Virus record (IMG/VR): IMGVR_UViG_3300044724_000096
Coordinates: 1 to 29,406 of that record
Reading direction: 5' to 3' (one strand)
DNA from: a virus
Taxonomy: Duplodnaviria > Caudoviricetes
Length of the DNA: 29,406 bases
Positions 1 to 8,500 of the stretch are shown here, one piece after another. Below the pieces are notes generated by a model. That model saw only the letters and a program-made list of their open reading frames with translations. It had not been told where the DNA came from and did not search any database. Position numbers and translations under genes: made by a program. Each line of letters starts with the position of its first letter. Position 1 is the first letter of the stretch.

Positions 1-1
1 C

Positions 2-61
2 AGTTACAATTCCGCCAATGGCGCGATTGTTGCTGGTACTCCGTCAACTACTGGCGTATAG
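2..61 (+). CDS. 3' end of upstream gene (partial), probable capsid-associated protein
   Basis: Open frame from the window edge reading SYNSANGAIVAGTPSTTGV-stop (TAG 59-61), ending 12 nt before the capsid gene. Product is inferred from position only. Confidence 0.55.
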   Translation, partial: SYNSANGAIVAGTPSTTGV

Positions 62-73
62 GGGGTCTAAAGA

Positions 74-985
74 ATGGCTATTTCTCGCGCACAACTAGCG
101 AAAGAGCTAGAACCGGGCCTCAATGCGTTGTTTGGTATGGAGTACAGCAGGTACGAAAACCAACACGCAGAGATCTACACAACAGAATCTTCTGATCGAG
201 CATTCGAAGAGGAAGTGATGTTGAGTGGGTTCGGAGCGGCACCAACCAAATCGGAAGGTTCTGCGGTCAACTTTGACGACGCTAACGAAGCATACACTGC
301 TCGTTACAACCACGAAACTATCGCGTTGGCCTTCTCTATAACAGAGGAAGCTATCGAAGACAATCTGTATGATCGTCTTGGCTCGCGTTACACTCGTGCG
401 TTGGCTCGCTCAATGGCACACACAAAGCAGGTTAAAGCTGCTGCGGTTCTCAACAACGCCTTTACAGGTGGTGCGAACGCAGGCGGTGACGGCGTTGCAT
501 TGTGTGCAACTAACCACCCTCTTACTAACGGTGGTACGTTTGCCAACACTCCAGCAACAGCAGCAGATTTGAACGAGACATCTCTGGAAGATGCCCTTAT
601 CAATATCGCTGGTTTTGTTGATGAGCGCGGTTTGAAAGTTGCTCTACGCGGCACGAAACTTCTTATCCCACGTCAACTGCAATTCGTTGCAGAGCGTTTG
701 ATGGTTTCAAACTTACGCGTAGGTACAGCGGACAACGACACAAACGCAATCCGGTCTATGGGAATGTTGCCTGAAGGCTATGCCGTCAACGACTTCTTCA
801 CTGACCCGGATCACTTCTTTGTTATGACTGACGCACCTCGTGGTATGATCCACTTTGAGCGTTCTGCTTTGTCAACAAACATGGAAGCCGACTTTGATAC
901 CGGAAACATGCGGTTCAAAGCTCGTGAGCGCTACAGCTTTGGGTTCTCAGACCCACGTTGTGTTTACGGTTCCCCCGGAGCCTAA
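74..985 (+). CDS. Major capsid protein (HK97 fold, Mu gpT-like family)
   Basis: 303 aa. N-terminus MAISRAQLAKELEPGLNALFG and C-terminal DFDTGNMRFKARERYSFGFSDPR are characteristic of this widespread marine phage capsid family. It is followed by an intrinsic terminator. Confidence 0.92.
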   Translation: MAISRAQLAKELEPGLNALFGMEYSRYENQHAEIYTTESSDRAFEEEVMLSGFGAAPTKSEGSAVNFDDANEAYTARYNHETIALAFSITEEAIEDNLYDRLGSRYTRALARSMAHTKQVKAAAVLNNAFTGGANAGGDGVALCATNHPLTNGGTFANTPATAADLNETSLEDALINIAGFVDERGLKVALRGTKLLIPRQLQFVAERLMVSNLRVGTADNDTNAIRSMGMLPEGYAVNDFFTDPDHFFVMTDAPRGMIHFERSALSTNMEADFDTGNMRFKARERYSFGFSDPRCVYGSPGA

Positions 986-989
986 ACTG

Positions 990-998
990 TGCTATGTT
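990..998 (+). promoter_or_regulatory. Possible extended -10 promoter element (TGcTATGTT)
   Basis: TG-n-TATGTT lies 5 nt after the capsid stop codon and keeps the key T, A and final T of TATAAT. There is no convincing -35 box. Confidence 0.25.
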
Positions 999-1001
999 AC
1001 T

Positions 1002-1067
1002 GAGGTAGGTACTTTTCATACCTCCTCCCGGTTAGACTGGGGCTACTTCGGTAGCCCCTTTCTTTTT
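1002..1067 (+). ncRNA. Candidate small RNA carrying an anti-Shine-Dalgarno CCUCCUCCC motif
   Basis: CATACCTCCTCCC at 1017-1029. A 5' arm GAGG(T)AGGTA at 1002-1011 can pair with TACCTCCTC at 1019-1027. The element ends in the terminator at 1039-1067. Confidence 0.4.
1039..1067 (+). terminator. Rho-independent terminator after the major capsid gene
   Basis: Perfect 8-bp stem GGGGCTAC / GTAGCCCC with a cUUCGg tetraloop, followed by TTTCTTTTT. Confidence 0.92.
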
Positions 1068-1087
1068 GTTCAAATGTCATGTATTGT

Positions 1088-1140
1088 TCTGGTATCCCTG
1101 ACAGTCGCATGGTGCGGCTGACATTTGCCAAGACAGGAGA
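1088..1140 (+). ncRNA. Candidate structured 5' leader (pseudoknot covering the RBS); possible Mu-gpT-DE-like motif
   Basis: Three pairings: hairpin CAGTCGCA (1102-1109) / TGCGGCTG (1113-1120); outer stem TGGTA (1090-1094) / TGCCA (1126-1130); and CCTG (1097-1100) with CAGG (1134-1137), which overlaps the SD AGGAGA. Confidence 0.5.
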
Positions 1141-1145
1141 TCTTC

Positions 1146-1616
1146 ATGGCTAACTCAACTTTTTCAGGCCCAATCCGGGCAGGGAACATTCGAAATACAA
1201 CAGGAACCACTGTAGGCGAGAACATCGCTAACGTAGGCTACGTTGTAATGATGCAAACACACACAATGGATCTTTCCGGTGGAGCGATTGCAGCAGGCGC
1301 AACCGACATGGTTATTCCAGCGAACTCCAAGATTATTGATTGTATCGTGGACTTGTCTACGGCTGCGAATGCCACCACTAACTTGAGCGTTGGTGATACC
1401 GTTGGCGGGGCGACTACAATTCTTAACGCGCTTGCCACAGGTACAAGTGCGGGTCTCAAGACGGTAACCACACAAGGCGGTGGTACAGGGGAGTGGGCAA
1501 ACACAGGAACGGCGGATCTAAAGCTGACCGTTACTAACAGCGTAGCGACCACGGCGGGTGTAGCTGTGATTACTATTCTGTATGCGCAGGCTTACAACAC
1601 TGTAATCCGTCCATAA
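1146..1616 (+). CDS. Putative capsid decoration / minor virion protein
   Basis: ATG at 1146 follows AGGAGA and is preferred over TTG 1125. The 156-aa protein (MANSTFSGPIR...) is Thr/Gly/Ala-rich, beta-type, and directly follows the capsid gene. Confidence 0.7.
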   Translation: MANSTFSGPIRAGNIRNTTGTTVGENIANVGYVVMMQTHTMDLSGGAIAAGATDMVIPANSKIIDCIVDLSTAANATTNLSVGDTVGGATTILNALATGTSAGLKTVTTQGGGTGEWANTGTADLKLTVTNSVATTAGVAVITILYAQAYNTVIRP

Positions 1617-1628
1617 GGGGGTTCACAC

Positions 1629-1910
1629 ATGGCTGGCTCAGACATTACAGCGTATAATTATGCGCAAGGTTCAGCGGCGGCTCTTATAGGGCCGTCGAGA
1701 TCCAGACTTCAGGCCGTAAACATATACGCCGAAGCAGCAGGCTCTTTTACTCTTACTAATGGTAATGGTGGCGCTACGTTGTTGGTTCAGAAGTTTCCCG
1801 TTGGAATGAACGAAGTGTATATTCCGGAGAACGGTATGCTGTTTACGTCGGGAGTGTATGTCTCTGCGTTTACGGGGTCGAATAACGAACTGACAATTCT
1901 TTTAGCATAG
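1629..1910 (+). CDS. Small virion structural protein (beta-rich)
   Basis: 93 aa, G-rich SD-like run upstream, C-terminal YIPENGMLFTSGVY motif, located in the head gene cluster. Confidence 0.65.
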   Translation: MAGSDITAYNYAQGSAAALIGPSRSRLQAVNIYAEAAGSFTLTNGNGGATLLVQKFPVGMNEVYIPENGMLFTSGVYVSAFTGSNNELTILLA

Positions 1911-1919
1911 GACGGACTC

Positions 1920-2165
1920 ATGGCTAAAATTGATAAAGCCAAGATGAAGTGCAACAAGCCTAAACGTCAGATATCTGGCGGTAAAAAGTCTGTTGTTAAA
2001 GCATGTGCCAAAGGCAAAGAAAAGATCATTCGTTTTGGCGATGCCAAGATGTCCATTAAAAAATCTAATCCTAAACGGCGCAAGTCGTTTAGGGACCGTC
2101 ATGGTTGTGATAAGGGTACATTAGATAAACTAAAGGCCAAGTATTGGTCATGTAAGGCTTGGTAA
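1920..2165 (+). CDS. Small Lys/Arg-rich Cys-containing protein (putative DNA-binding core protein)
   Basis: 81 aa, very basic, with motif IRFGD...RRKSFRDRHGC...AKYWSCKAW. SD GGAcGGA upstream. Confidence 0.75.
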   Translation: MAKIDKAKMKCNKPKRQISGGKKSVVKACAKGKEKIIRFGDAKMSIKKSNPKRRKSFRDRHGCDKGTLDKLKAKYWSCKAW

Positions 2166-2404
2166 TGAAAGTTGATTTTAATAACTTAGCGTCTGTAATT
2201 ACCATTGGTCTGTTATGCTGGGGCGCGTTGCAACTGTATCAACTTAAAGCGGACACCGCGGTAATTACCTACAGGGTCGGTGAAAACTATGACATGATCA
2301 AACCAATGTGGCAGGATTTTTTAGTACGGAGTGCACGGTACAATGAGCATAAGCAGAACATCAATGCCGTTCCAGATATCCAAGCCTCCAGAGGGTCAAA
2401 CTAA
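2165..2404 (+). CDS. Small single-transmembrane protein
   Basis: TAATG overlap with the previous stop codon. Hydrophobic stretch LASVITIGLLCWGALQLY. Confidence 0.6.
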   Translation: MKVDFNNLASVITIGLLCWGALQLYQLKADTAVITYRVGENYDMIKPMWQDFLVRSARYNEHKQNINAVPDIQASRGSN

Positions 2405-2682
2405 TGGCAAAGAAAAAGTCAAAAAAAGACGCGTGTTATCGAAAGGTAAAGGCTCGGTACAAGGTTTGGCCCAGCGCTTACGCCTCGGGGGCCCTGTCCA
2501 AGTGCCGAAAAGTAGGAGCCGCAAACTGGGGAAACTCTACTAAAAAAGCGGAAGGCGGTTTAATCGCAGCCGTGGACAACCCTAAACGCCCTGCTCGTAA
2601 TAGATATCGTAACGGGGGGATGATTGCTTCCGGTTGCGGTTGCGTTGAAGAAAGCAGACGGAAAAGTACGAGGACGTTCTAG
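2404..2682 (+). CDS. Small basic protein (KDACY...VWPSAYASG family) with two GG motifs
   Basis: 92 aa, TAATG coupling, sequence KKDACYRKVKARYKVWPSAYASGALSKCRK. Confidence 0.75.
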   Translation: MAKKKSKKDACYRKVKARYKVWPSAYASGALSKCRKVGAANWGNSTKKAEGGLIAAVDNPKRPARNRYRNGGMIASGCGCVEESRRKSTRTF

Positions 2683-2915
2683 TGGCAGAAAAGAACTCTT
2701 TGCGTAAATGGTTTTCTCAAAACAACGGAAAAGGTTGGATTGATTGTAAAACTGGTAAACCTTGTGGTCGTCAAAAGGGGGAGAAACGAAAAGGTTATCC
2801 TGCTTGTCGTCCCACGAAAGCGCAATGTACGTCTGCTGCAAAAAAGAAGAAGTCTTCCAAACGTATTAGTTGGAAGAATAAGAAGGCCAATGGTGGCTTG
2901 GTAAGAGTGTTTTGA
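2682..2915 (+). CDS. Small basic Cys-rich protein (LRKWF...CGR...YPACRP family)
   Basis: 77 aa, GTG start overlapping the previous TAG, four Cys, C-terminal KANGGLV. Confidence 0.72.
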   Translation: MAEKNSLRKWFSQNNGKGWIDCKTGKPCGRQKGEKRKGYPACRPTKAQCTSAAKKKKSSKRISWKNKKANGGLVRVF

Positions 2916-2934
2916 TAACCGAAAGGAGTATGCT

Positions 2935-3123
2935 ATGAAAGATCTTAGCGGAGACGGAAAAGTTACTAAAAAAGATGTGTTGATTGGTCGTGGCGTGATT
3001 GAAAAAAAGAACGGCGGCATGGTTAAGAAAGGCTACATGGGCGGCGGCATGGTCAAGAAAGGCTACAAAAACGGCGGCTGTGTAATGGCGGGTCGCGGTG
3101 TTCGTGACACAAAGATGGTGTAG
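2935..3123 (+). CDS. Small basic protein with EF-hand-like DxSGDGK loop and GG repeats
   Basis: Strong SD AAAGGAG. Begins MKDLSGDGKVTKKD and carries a repeated GGMVKKGY. Confidence 0.75.
   Translation: MKDLSGDGKVTKKDVLIGRGVIEKKNGGMVKKGYMGGGMVKKGYKNGGCVMAGRGVRDTKMV
3012..3078 (+). repeat. 30-nt period tandem repeat encoding GGMVKKGYxx
   Basis: CGGCGGCATGGT(T/C)AAGAAAGGCTACA at 3012-3037 and 3042-3067, with a partial third copy at 3072-3078. Confidence 0.85.
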
Positions 3124-3126
3124 ATA

Positions 3127-3792
3127 ATGACAACTTCAGGATCAAGAGATTTTAACCTCGATGTCGGTGAGATAATTGAGGAGGCGTATGAGCGGTGCGG
3201 ACTGGAAGTTCGCACTGGGTATGATGCTCGGACAGCGCGTCGGTCTCTAAACCTGATGTTTGCGGACTGGGCGAACAGAGGTTTAAACCTCTGGACCGTG
3301 GCGCAAGGTACGACTGACTTGGTGCAAGGCACATCCACCTATACGTTGACGGCGGATGTCGTTGGTATGTTGGAGATGGTTTTGCGCAGGGACGGGACGG
3401 ATTACGAAGTCGAGCGTATTAGTCGCGGCGATTATCTGACGTTTCCGAACAAGACTGATCAAGGCCGTCCGTCACAGTTTTATTTCAACAGGCAGATCGA
3501 TCCTGTAATAACGTTGTGGCAAACACCTGAAAATTCTACGGACCAGTTAATTTACTATTATGTTCAAAGGATCGAGGATGCCGATGCGTTGGTCAACACT
3601 ACTGATATGCCTTTCCGTTTTTATCCTTGTATGGTTGCTGGTTTATCCTACTACCTTTCTATGAAACGTGCTCCGGAACGGATACAGATATTAAAAGCGG
3701 TGTATGAAGAAGAGTTTCAACGTGCCGCGGAAGAAGACGAGGACCGAGTTCCGTTGAAGTTACAGCCAAGTGCTAGGTATTTGAGGGTCTAA
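3127..3792 (+). CDS. Putative head-tail adaptor / connector protein
   Basis: 221 aa. MTTSGSRDFNLDVGEIIEEAYERCG, TARRSLNLMFADWANRGLNLWT and GRPSQFY fit podovirus-type adaptor proteins, as does the position after the head genes. Confidence 0.7.
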   Translation: MTTSGSRDFNLDVGEIIEEAYERCGLEVRTGYDARTARRSLNLMFADWANRGLNLWTVAQGTTDLVQGTSTYTLTADVVGMLEMVLRRDGTDYEVERISRGDYLTFPNKTDQGRPSQFYFNRQIDPVITLWQTPENSTDQLIYYYVQRIEDADALVNTTDMPFRFYPCMVAGLSYYLSMKRAPERIQILKAVYEEEFQRAAEEDEDRVPLKLQPSARYLRV

Positions 3793-4115
3793 TGTCGTTT
3801 GCTTCTAACAAAAACGCTTGGGGTATTTCGGACAGGTCCGGGTTTCGTTATCGTTTGCGGGACATGAAGCAGGAGTGGACAGGTGCGTTGGTGGGGCCAG
3901 ATGAGTTTGAGCCGAAGCACCCGCAGCTATATCCTCCGAGAGTTGGCCCTGATCCACAAGCCTTGCGCAACCCTAGACCGGAAAGTGGTCTGGCTGAACA
4001 ACGCGCTCTACAGTGGGGATGGAATCCGGTGGGCTTTAACTACCAAGAAGGCTTGTCTCCGCCCAACAATTTAGTAGCTGTGGGTTCGGTTGGCACAGTG
4101 GAGATCAACACATGA
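3792..4115 (+). CDS. Conserved phage protein (SDRSGFRY...EPKHPQL...ALRNPRP)
   Basis: 107 aa, translationally coupled on both sides (TAATG, ATGA). Confidence 0.7.
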   Translation: MSFASNKNAWGISDRSGFRYRLRDMKQEWTGALVGPDEFEPKHPQLYPPRVGPDPQALRNPRPESGLAEQRALQWGWNPVGFNYQEGLSPPNNLVAVGSVGTVEINT

Positions 4116-4771
4116 CGATGACATATGGGCAGCTAAAGCAGGCTATTAAGGATTACACTGAGTATGAAGAAACAGGGTATGTAACGAACATACCGTTGTT
4201 TATTCGTCTGTCTGAGGAGCGAATACTTAAAAGTGTGCAGTTAAGTTTGTTTCGAAAAAACGCTACTGCTACGACTAACTCGGGCAGTGCCGCCGCTCAA
4301 TACATTAAAGTGCCAGCGGACTTCCTTGCTCCGTTTTCGTTAAGTATGACCGGGTCAAACGGCGACAAGTTTTTTGTGGAGTTTAAAGACCCGAGTTTTG
4401 TGCAGACGTACACCCCGGATCCCACGACTACGGGGGAGCCGAAGTATTATTGCCAGTTTGATGTTGATAACTTTTTGATGGCCCCGACGCCTAACGCGGC
4501 GTATACGGCGGAGCTTCATTATTTTTATCGTCCTCGGAGTATAACCGAAGGAGATGATAGTGGTACAACGTGGTTAAGTCAAAACGCTGAAATGGCTTTG
4601 CTGTATGGCGCATTGATTGAGGCTTACATCTATATGAAGGGCGAGCCCGACGTTATGCAGATGTATACGCAGAGGTTTCAGGAGTCGATACTGGGCATTA
4701 AACTTTTGGGTGAAGCCAAGGAAACTACGGACGAATATCGCACTGGTAAAGTTATAAGGGCGAAACAATGA
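4112..4771 (+). CDS. Putative second adaptor / tail tubular A-like protein
   Basis: 219 aa with MTYGQLKQAIKDY, GEPKYY, APTPNAAY and LLYGALIEAYIYMKGE motifs. Confidence 0.68.
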   Translation: MTMTYGQLKQAIKDYTEYEETGYVTNIPLFIRLSEERILKSVQLSLFRKNATATTNSGSAAAQYIKVPADFLAPFSLSMTGSNGDKFFVEFKDPSFVQTYTPDPTTTGEPKYYCQFDVDNFLMAPTPNAAYTAELHYFYRPRSITEGDDSGTTWLSQNAEMALLYGALIEAYIYMKGEPDVMQMYTQRFQESILGIKLLGEAKETTDEYRTGKVIRAKQ

Positions 4772-5064
4772 CACTAGCAGCATTTGACTTACCCCGCAAA
4801 GACGCGGTAGTATCGGTACGAACAACAAGTAATCGCGGGTTTAACCCAGACGAGCTTGCAGAGCAATGTGTAGAAAAGATTATTTCGATATCTGATTCTG
4901 CCCATCCAGCGATCCAAGAACAAGCAAAGGCTTTTTCCCGTCATGTGGAAACAGTCATTGCGTACTACCTGAGACAAGCTATTCACAGCGATAGGACAAC
5001 TGTGTATAATGCGATTAAAGATGCTGGCAACCCTGAACTGGCAGAATTGATAAGGAGACTTTAA
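4768..5064 (+). CDS. Hypothetical phage protein
   Basis: 98 aa, ATGA-coupled, fills the gap in the operon. Confidence 0.65.
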   Translation: MTLAAFDLPRKDAVVSVRTTSNRGFNPDELAEQCVEKIISISDSAHPAIQEQAKAFSRHVETVIAYYLRQAIHSDRTTVYNAIKDAGNPELAELIRRL

Positions 5065-5514
5065 ATGGCCTTTAGTGGAAACTACATGTGTACGTCTTTC
5101 AAGAAAGAATTGATGACCGCTACGCACAACTTTACGAACGGAACTGGCGACACATTTAAGCTCGCCTTGTACGACAATAACGCGTCATTCAACGCAGCTA
5201 CAACTGACTACACAAGCTCAAACGAGGTTGGTAACTCAGGCACATATAGCGCGGGTGGCGGAACGTTGGTGAACGTAACGCCTACATCGTCGGGCACTAC
5301 GGCGTTGACAGACTTCTCGGACCTTACGTTTACGTCAGCTACGATTACAGCGCGTGGTGCTTTGATCTACAATACTACTGCGGGAGCAGCATCTGGAACG
5401 ACTAACTCCGTCGTGATTTTGGATTTTGGTTCAGATAAATCTTCTTCGGCTGGAGACTTTCAGATTGTTTTTCCAACGGCGGACGCGAGTAACGCAATTA
5501 TCCGCATAGCATAA
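5065..5514 (+). CDS. Tail-associated structural protein
   Basis: SD AAGGAG. Motifs MCTSFKKELM, TFKLALY, TITARGALIYN and VILDFGSDK. Lies directly before the tail fibre gene. Confidence 0.72.
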   Translation: MAFSGNYMCTSFKKELMTATHNFTNGTGDTFKLALYDNNASFNAATTDYTSSNEVGNSGTYSAGGGTLVNVTPTSSGTTALTDFSDLTFTSATITARGALIYNTTAGAASGTTNSVVILDFGSDKSSSAGDFQIVFPTADASNAIIRIA

Positions 5515-5526
5515 GCGAGTGCGACT

Positions 5527-8500
5527 ATGGCTGTTTTAAAGAACAGGGCAAAAATGTCCACCAGTACCACGGGTACTGGTACAATAACTCTGGGTTCTGC
5601 TCTTTCAGGCTACCAAAGTTTCGCTGCGGCAGGAGTTAGTAACGGCGATCAAGTCCGGTACACGATTCAAGATGGTACAAGCTGGGAACTGGGTCTTGGG
5701 ACTTACACGGCTAGTGGGACCACTCTTTCTCGAACTCCTAGCGAAAGCTCAAGTGGAGGCTCGGCAATTTCTTTAAGCGGAAATGCGGAAGTCTTTATTA
5801 CCGCCGCTGCCGAAGATATATTACAACCATCCAATAACCTGTCTGATCTAGCCAATGCGTCCACCTCCCGCACGAACCTTGGCGTAGCTATTGGTTCCGA
5901 CGTACAAGCGTATTCCAGCGTTTTGGACGCCACCACCGCATCCTACACCACCGCGTTAAACACTAAACTTGGTGGTATTGAGACAGGGGCGGACGTAACA
6001 GACGCGGGGAACGTAAATCCGCTTGTAGATGCTCACATAAATGTAAGCGGTGCGAGCAGTGGGCAATACCTTAACTGGAATGGTTCGGATTACGCTTGGG
6101 GCAGCATAGACACCTCCACCTTAATGCCTAAGACAGGCGGTACGTTTACTGGTGATGTTATTTATCAAGGGTCTAACGCCAATATTGAGTTTGATGTTTC
6201 AAACGATGCGATGGAGGTAAAAGACAACGCCAGAATTATTGTCGGTAACGGCGATGATATGATGTTGTATCACAACGGAACCAACTACATTGATTTGTAT
6301 GGGAATACCTATATCAGAAACACCAAGGCAGACAGCTATACGTTTCTGGAAGCGGATAATGGTAGTGGTAGCCCAACTCCATATGTTACTCTTAATGGCG
6401 TTACTGGTGAAGTACAATTATCACACTATGGCAGTCAGAAATTAGCCACAAAAAGTACAGGGGTTCAAACGACAGGCACAGTAAACGTCAACGGCGCTTA
6501 TACCCTACCAACGTCGGACGGTGCGGCGGGAACCGCGCTTGTCACAAATGGTTCGGGCGCTTTGTCTTTTTCTGCGGTTGGCGCAGCACTTTACGATGCA
6601 AACGAAAGCTCCCCTGCTGCCCAGCCAAGTGCTACGGGTGCAAACGCTATAGCCATTGGCGACAGTGCTACAGCTACTTCAGACGATGACGTTGCTATTG
6701 GTATAAACGCCAATGCTACAGCTAATGGTAGTTCTCCTTCTCTCGCGTTAGGTCGTGATGCTAATGCTACTTCCGGCGGTATAGCTATTGGTAACTTTAC
6801 TGATGCCACTGGTACTTATGGTACAGCTATTGGCACTTCCGCAGATGCCACTTCAATAAACGCAAGTGCATTAGGCAACGATGCCAAAGGTGCAGGAAGT
6901 GATGCTGTAGCATTAGGCAAATCACGGGCATCAGGCAGTTATAGTCTAGCAGGAGCTATTGCAAACAACACGTCTAGCTACGGCGCTACTGGTGCATACA
7001 GTGTGGCCTTGGGTTACTTAGCTAAATCCACAGGCTTAAATGCTATGAGCTTTGGCGAAGGTGCTATTGCCTCTGGTAATGACAGCTTGGCTTTGAGTGA
7101 TGCAACGGCGTCAGCAAATAATTCGATTGCTATTGGCGTAGGAGCTTCGGCAAGTCAGTCATCAGCTATAGCTATCGGAAAGAGCGCAAACTCTGCGCAC
7201 GAAAACTCAGTAGCTATCGGCAAAAATGCTGTAACAACTGCATCAAATCAAATTACGCTTGGCGATGCGACTGCAACTGTACGTATTTCAGAAACTTATA
7301 CCCTACCAACATCCGACGGAAGTGCCAATCAGGTGCTTACTACAAACGGCTCAGGTGTAGTTAGCTTCGCAGATGCTGCTGGTGCTGATCTTTATGCTGA
7401 AAACTACGATGGGTCTTCCACCAAACCAACTGCCACTGGCACTAATTCTGTTAGCATTGGGCGGCTCGCAACAGCCTCGGGAGCCACTTCTTTTGCGGCG
7501 GGAAACGGGGCAGAGGCTTCTGGGTTGCAAAGTGTAAGCATAGGTTACCAGCACAGTAGTAATCCAACAGGAGAGGGCGCAGCAAGTTATGGAAGAAACT
7601 CTAATGCGGCAGCGCCATACAGCACAGCGATAGGCGCAGATAGTGTTGCGGCGGGATCAAACAGCTTTGCCACTGCCTTAACTAAATCTTACGCCTCTGG
7701 TGCTTCCAGCTTTGCCGCAGCTATCGCAAGCAACTCATCCAGCTATGGTGCTAGAGGTGCTAATAGCGTAGCTATGGGCTATTTATCCGATACAGGTTCT
7801 TCTGCCAACGGTTCTATTTCGATAGGGTATCAGTCCTCCACAAGTGGTAGCTACAGTATTGCGATGGGGTATCAGAGTGACGCCACGCAAATAGGCGCAA
7901 TTGCCGCAGGTTATTCGGCTACGTCATCAAATGCGTACACTACCGCGATAGGTTATTTTTCCACCGCAAGTGGTAGCTACAGTATAGCCCTTGGTAAATC
8001 AACAACAGCAAGCGGTAATTATAGTACAGCGTTAGGTGCAAGCAGTAGTAGTCAGTCAGCTAATGCAACAGGCAGTGGTTCTGTTGCTATTGGTGGTGCT
8101 TTAGCGTCAGGTAGTAACTCTACAGCTATTAACATAGGCTCCAGTAGCTCTAATGGTGCCACAGGTGCTTCTAGTGTTGCGATAGGTACGTCGGCTAACG
8201 CAAGCCACGCTGGTGCTGCTGCTTTGGGTTATCAAGCAAAAGCACAAAACAATTATGCTCTGGCTCTTGGCGATCAAGCGTTAGCAAACGGCACAAATGC
8301 TACCGCTATACAAGAATCGTATGCAGGTGGAACTGATGCTTTTGCTGCTAACATAACTACTAACTCTTCTGTTTATGGTGCTAACGGCACACAGGGTATT
8401 GCAATAGGAGCGCTTGCGAGAGCGTCAAGCACAGAAGTAATTGCTATTGGGCCTAGTACAAGAACAAATGCTAACGCAGCGGTTGCTATTGGTTCTTACT

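Noticed and set aside
915-1019. 34-aa antisense ORF (MKSTYLSNIAQF...) preceded by GGGAGGAGGT
   Set aside because: SD-to-ATG spacing is very short (1-4 nt), the ORF runs antisense into the conserved capsid C-terminus, and the peptide has no recognisable features. An RNA-level explanation is preferred, though the ORF is not excluded.
855-1121. 88-aa plus-strand ORF spanning the capsid end and intergenic region
   Set aside because: It crosses a clear terminator and structured RNA, overlaps the capsid gene out of frame, and has no SD.
1102-1135. Hammerhead ribozyme suggested by CTGA segments
   Set aside because: The CUGAnGA and GAAA core elements are not present in the required arrangement.
2165-2404. 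Holin or spanin call for the single-TM protein
   Set aside because: No endolysin or lipobox is nearby, and one TM segment alone is insufficient.
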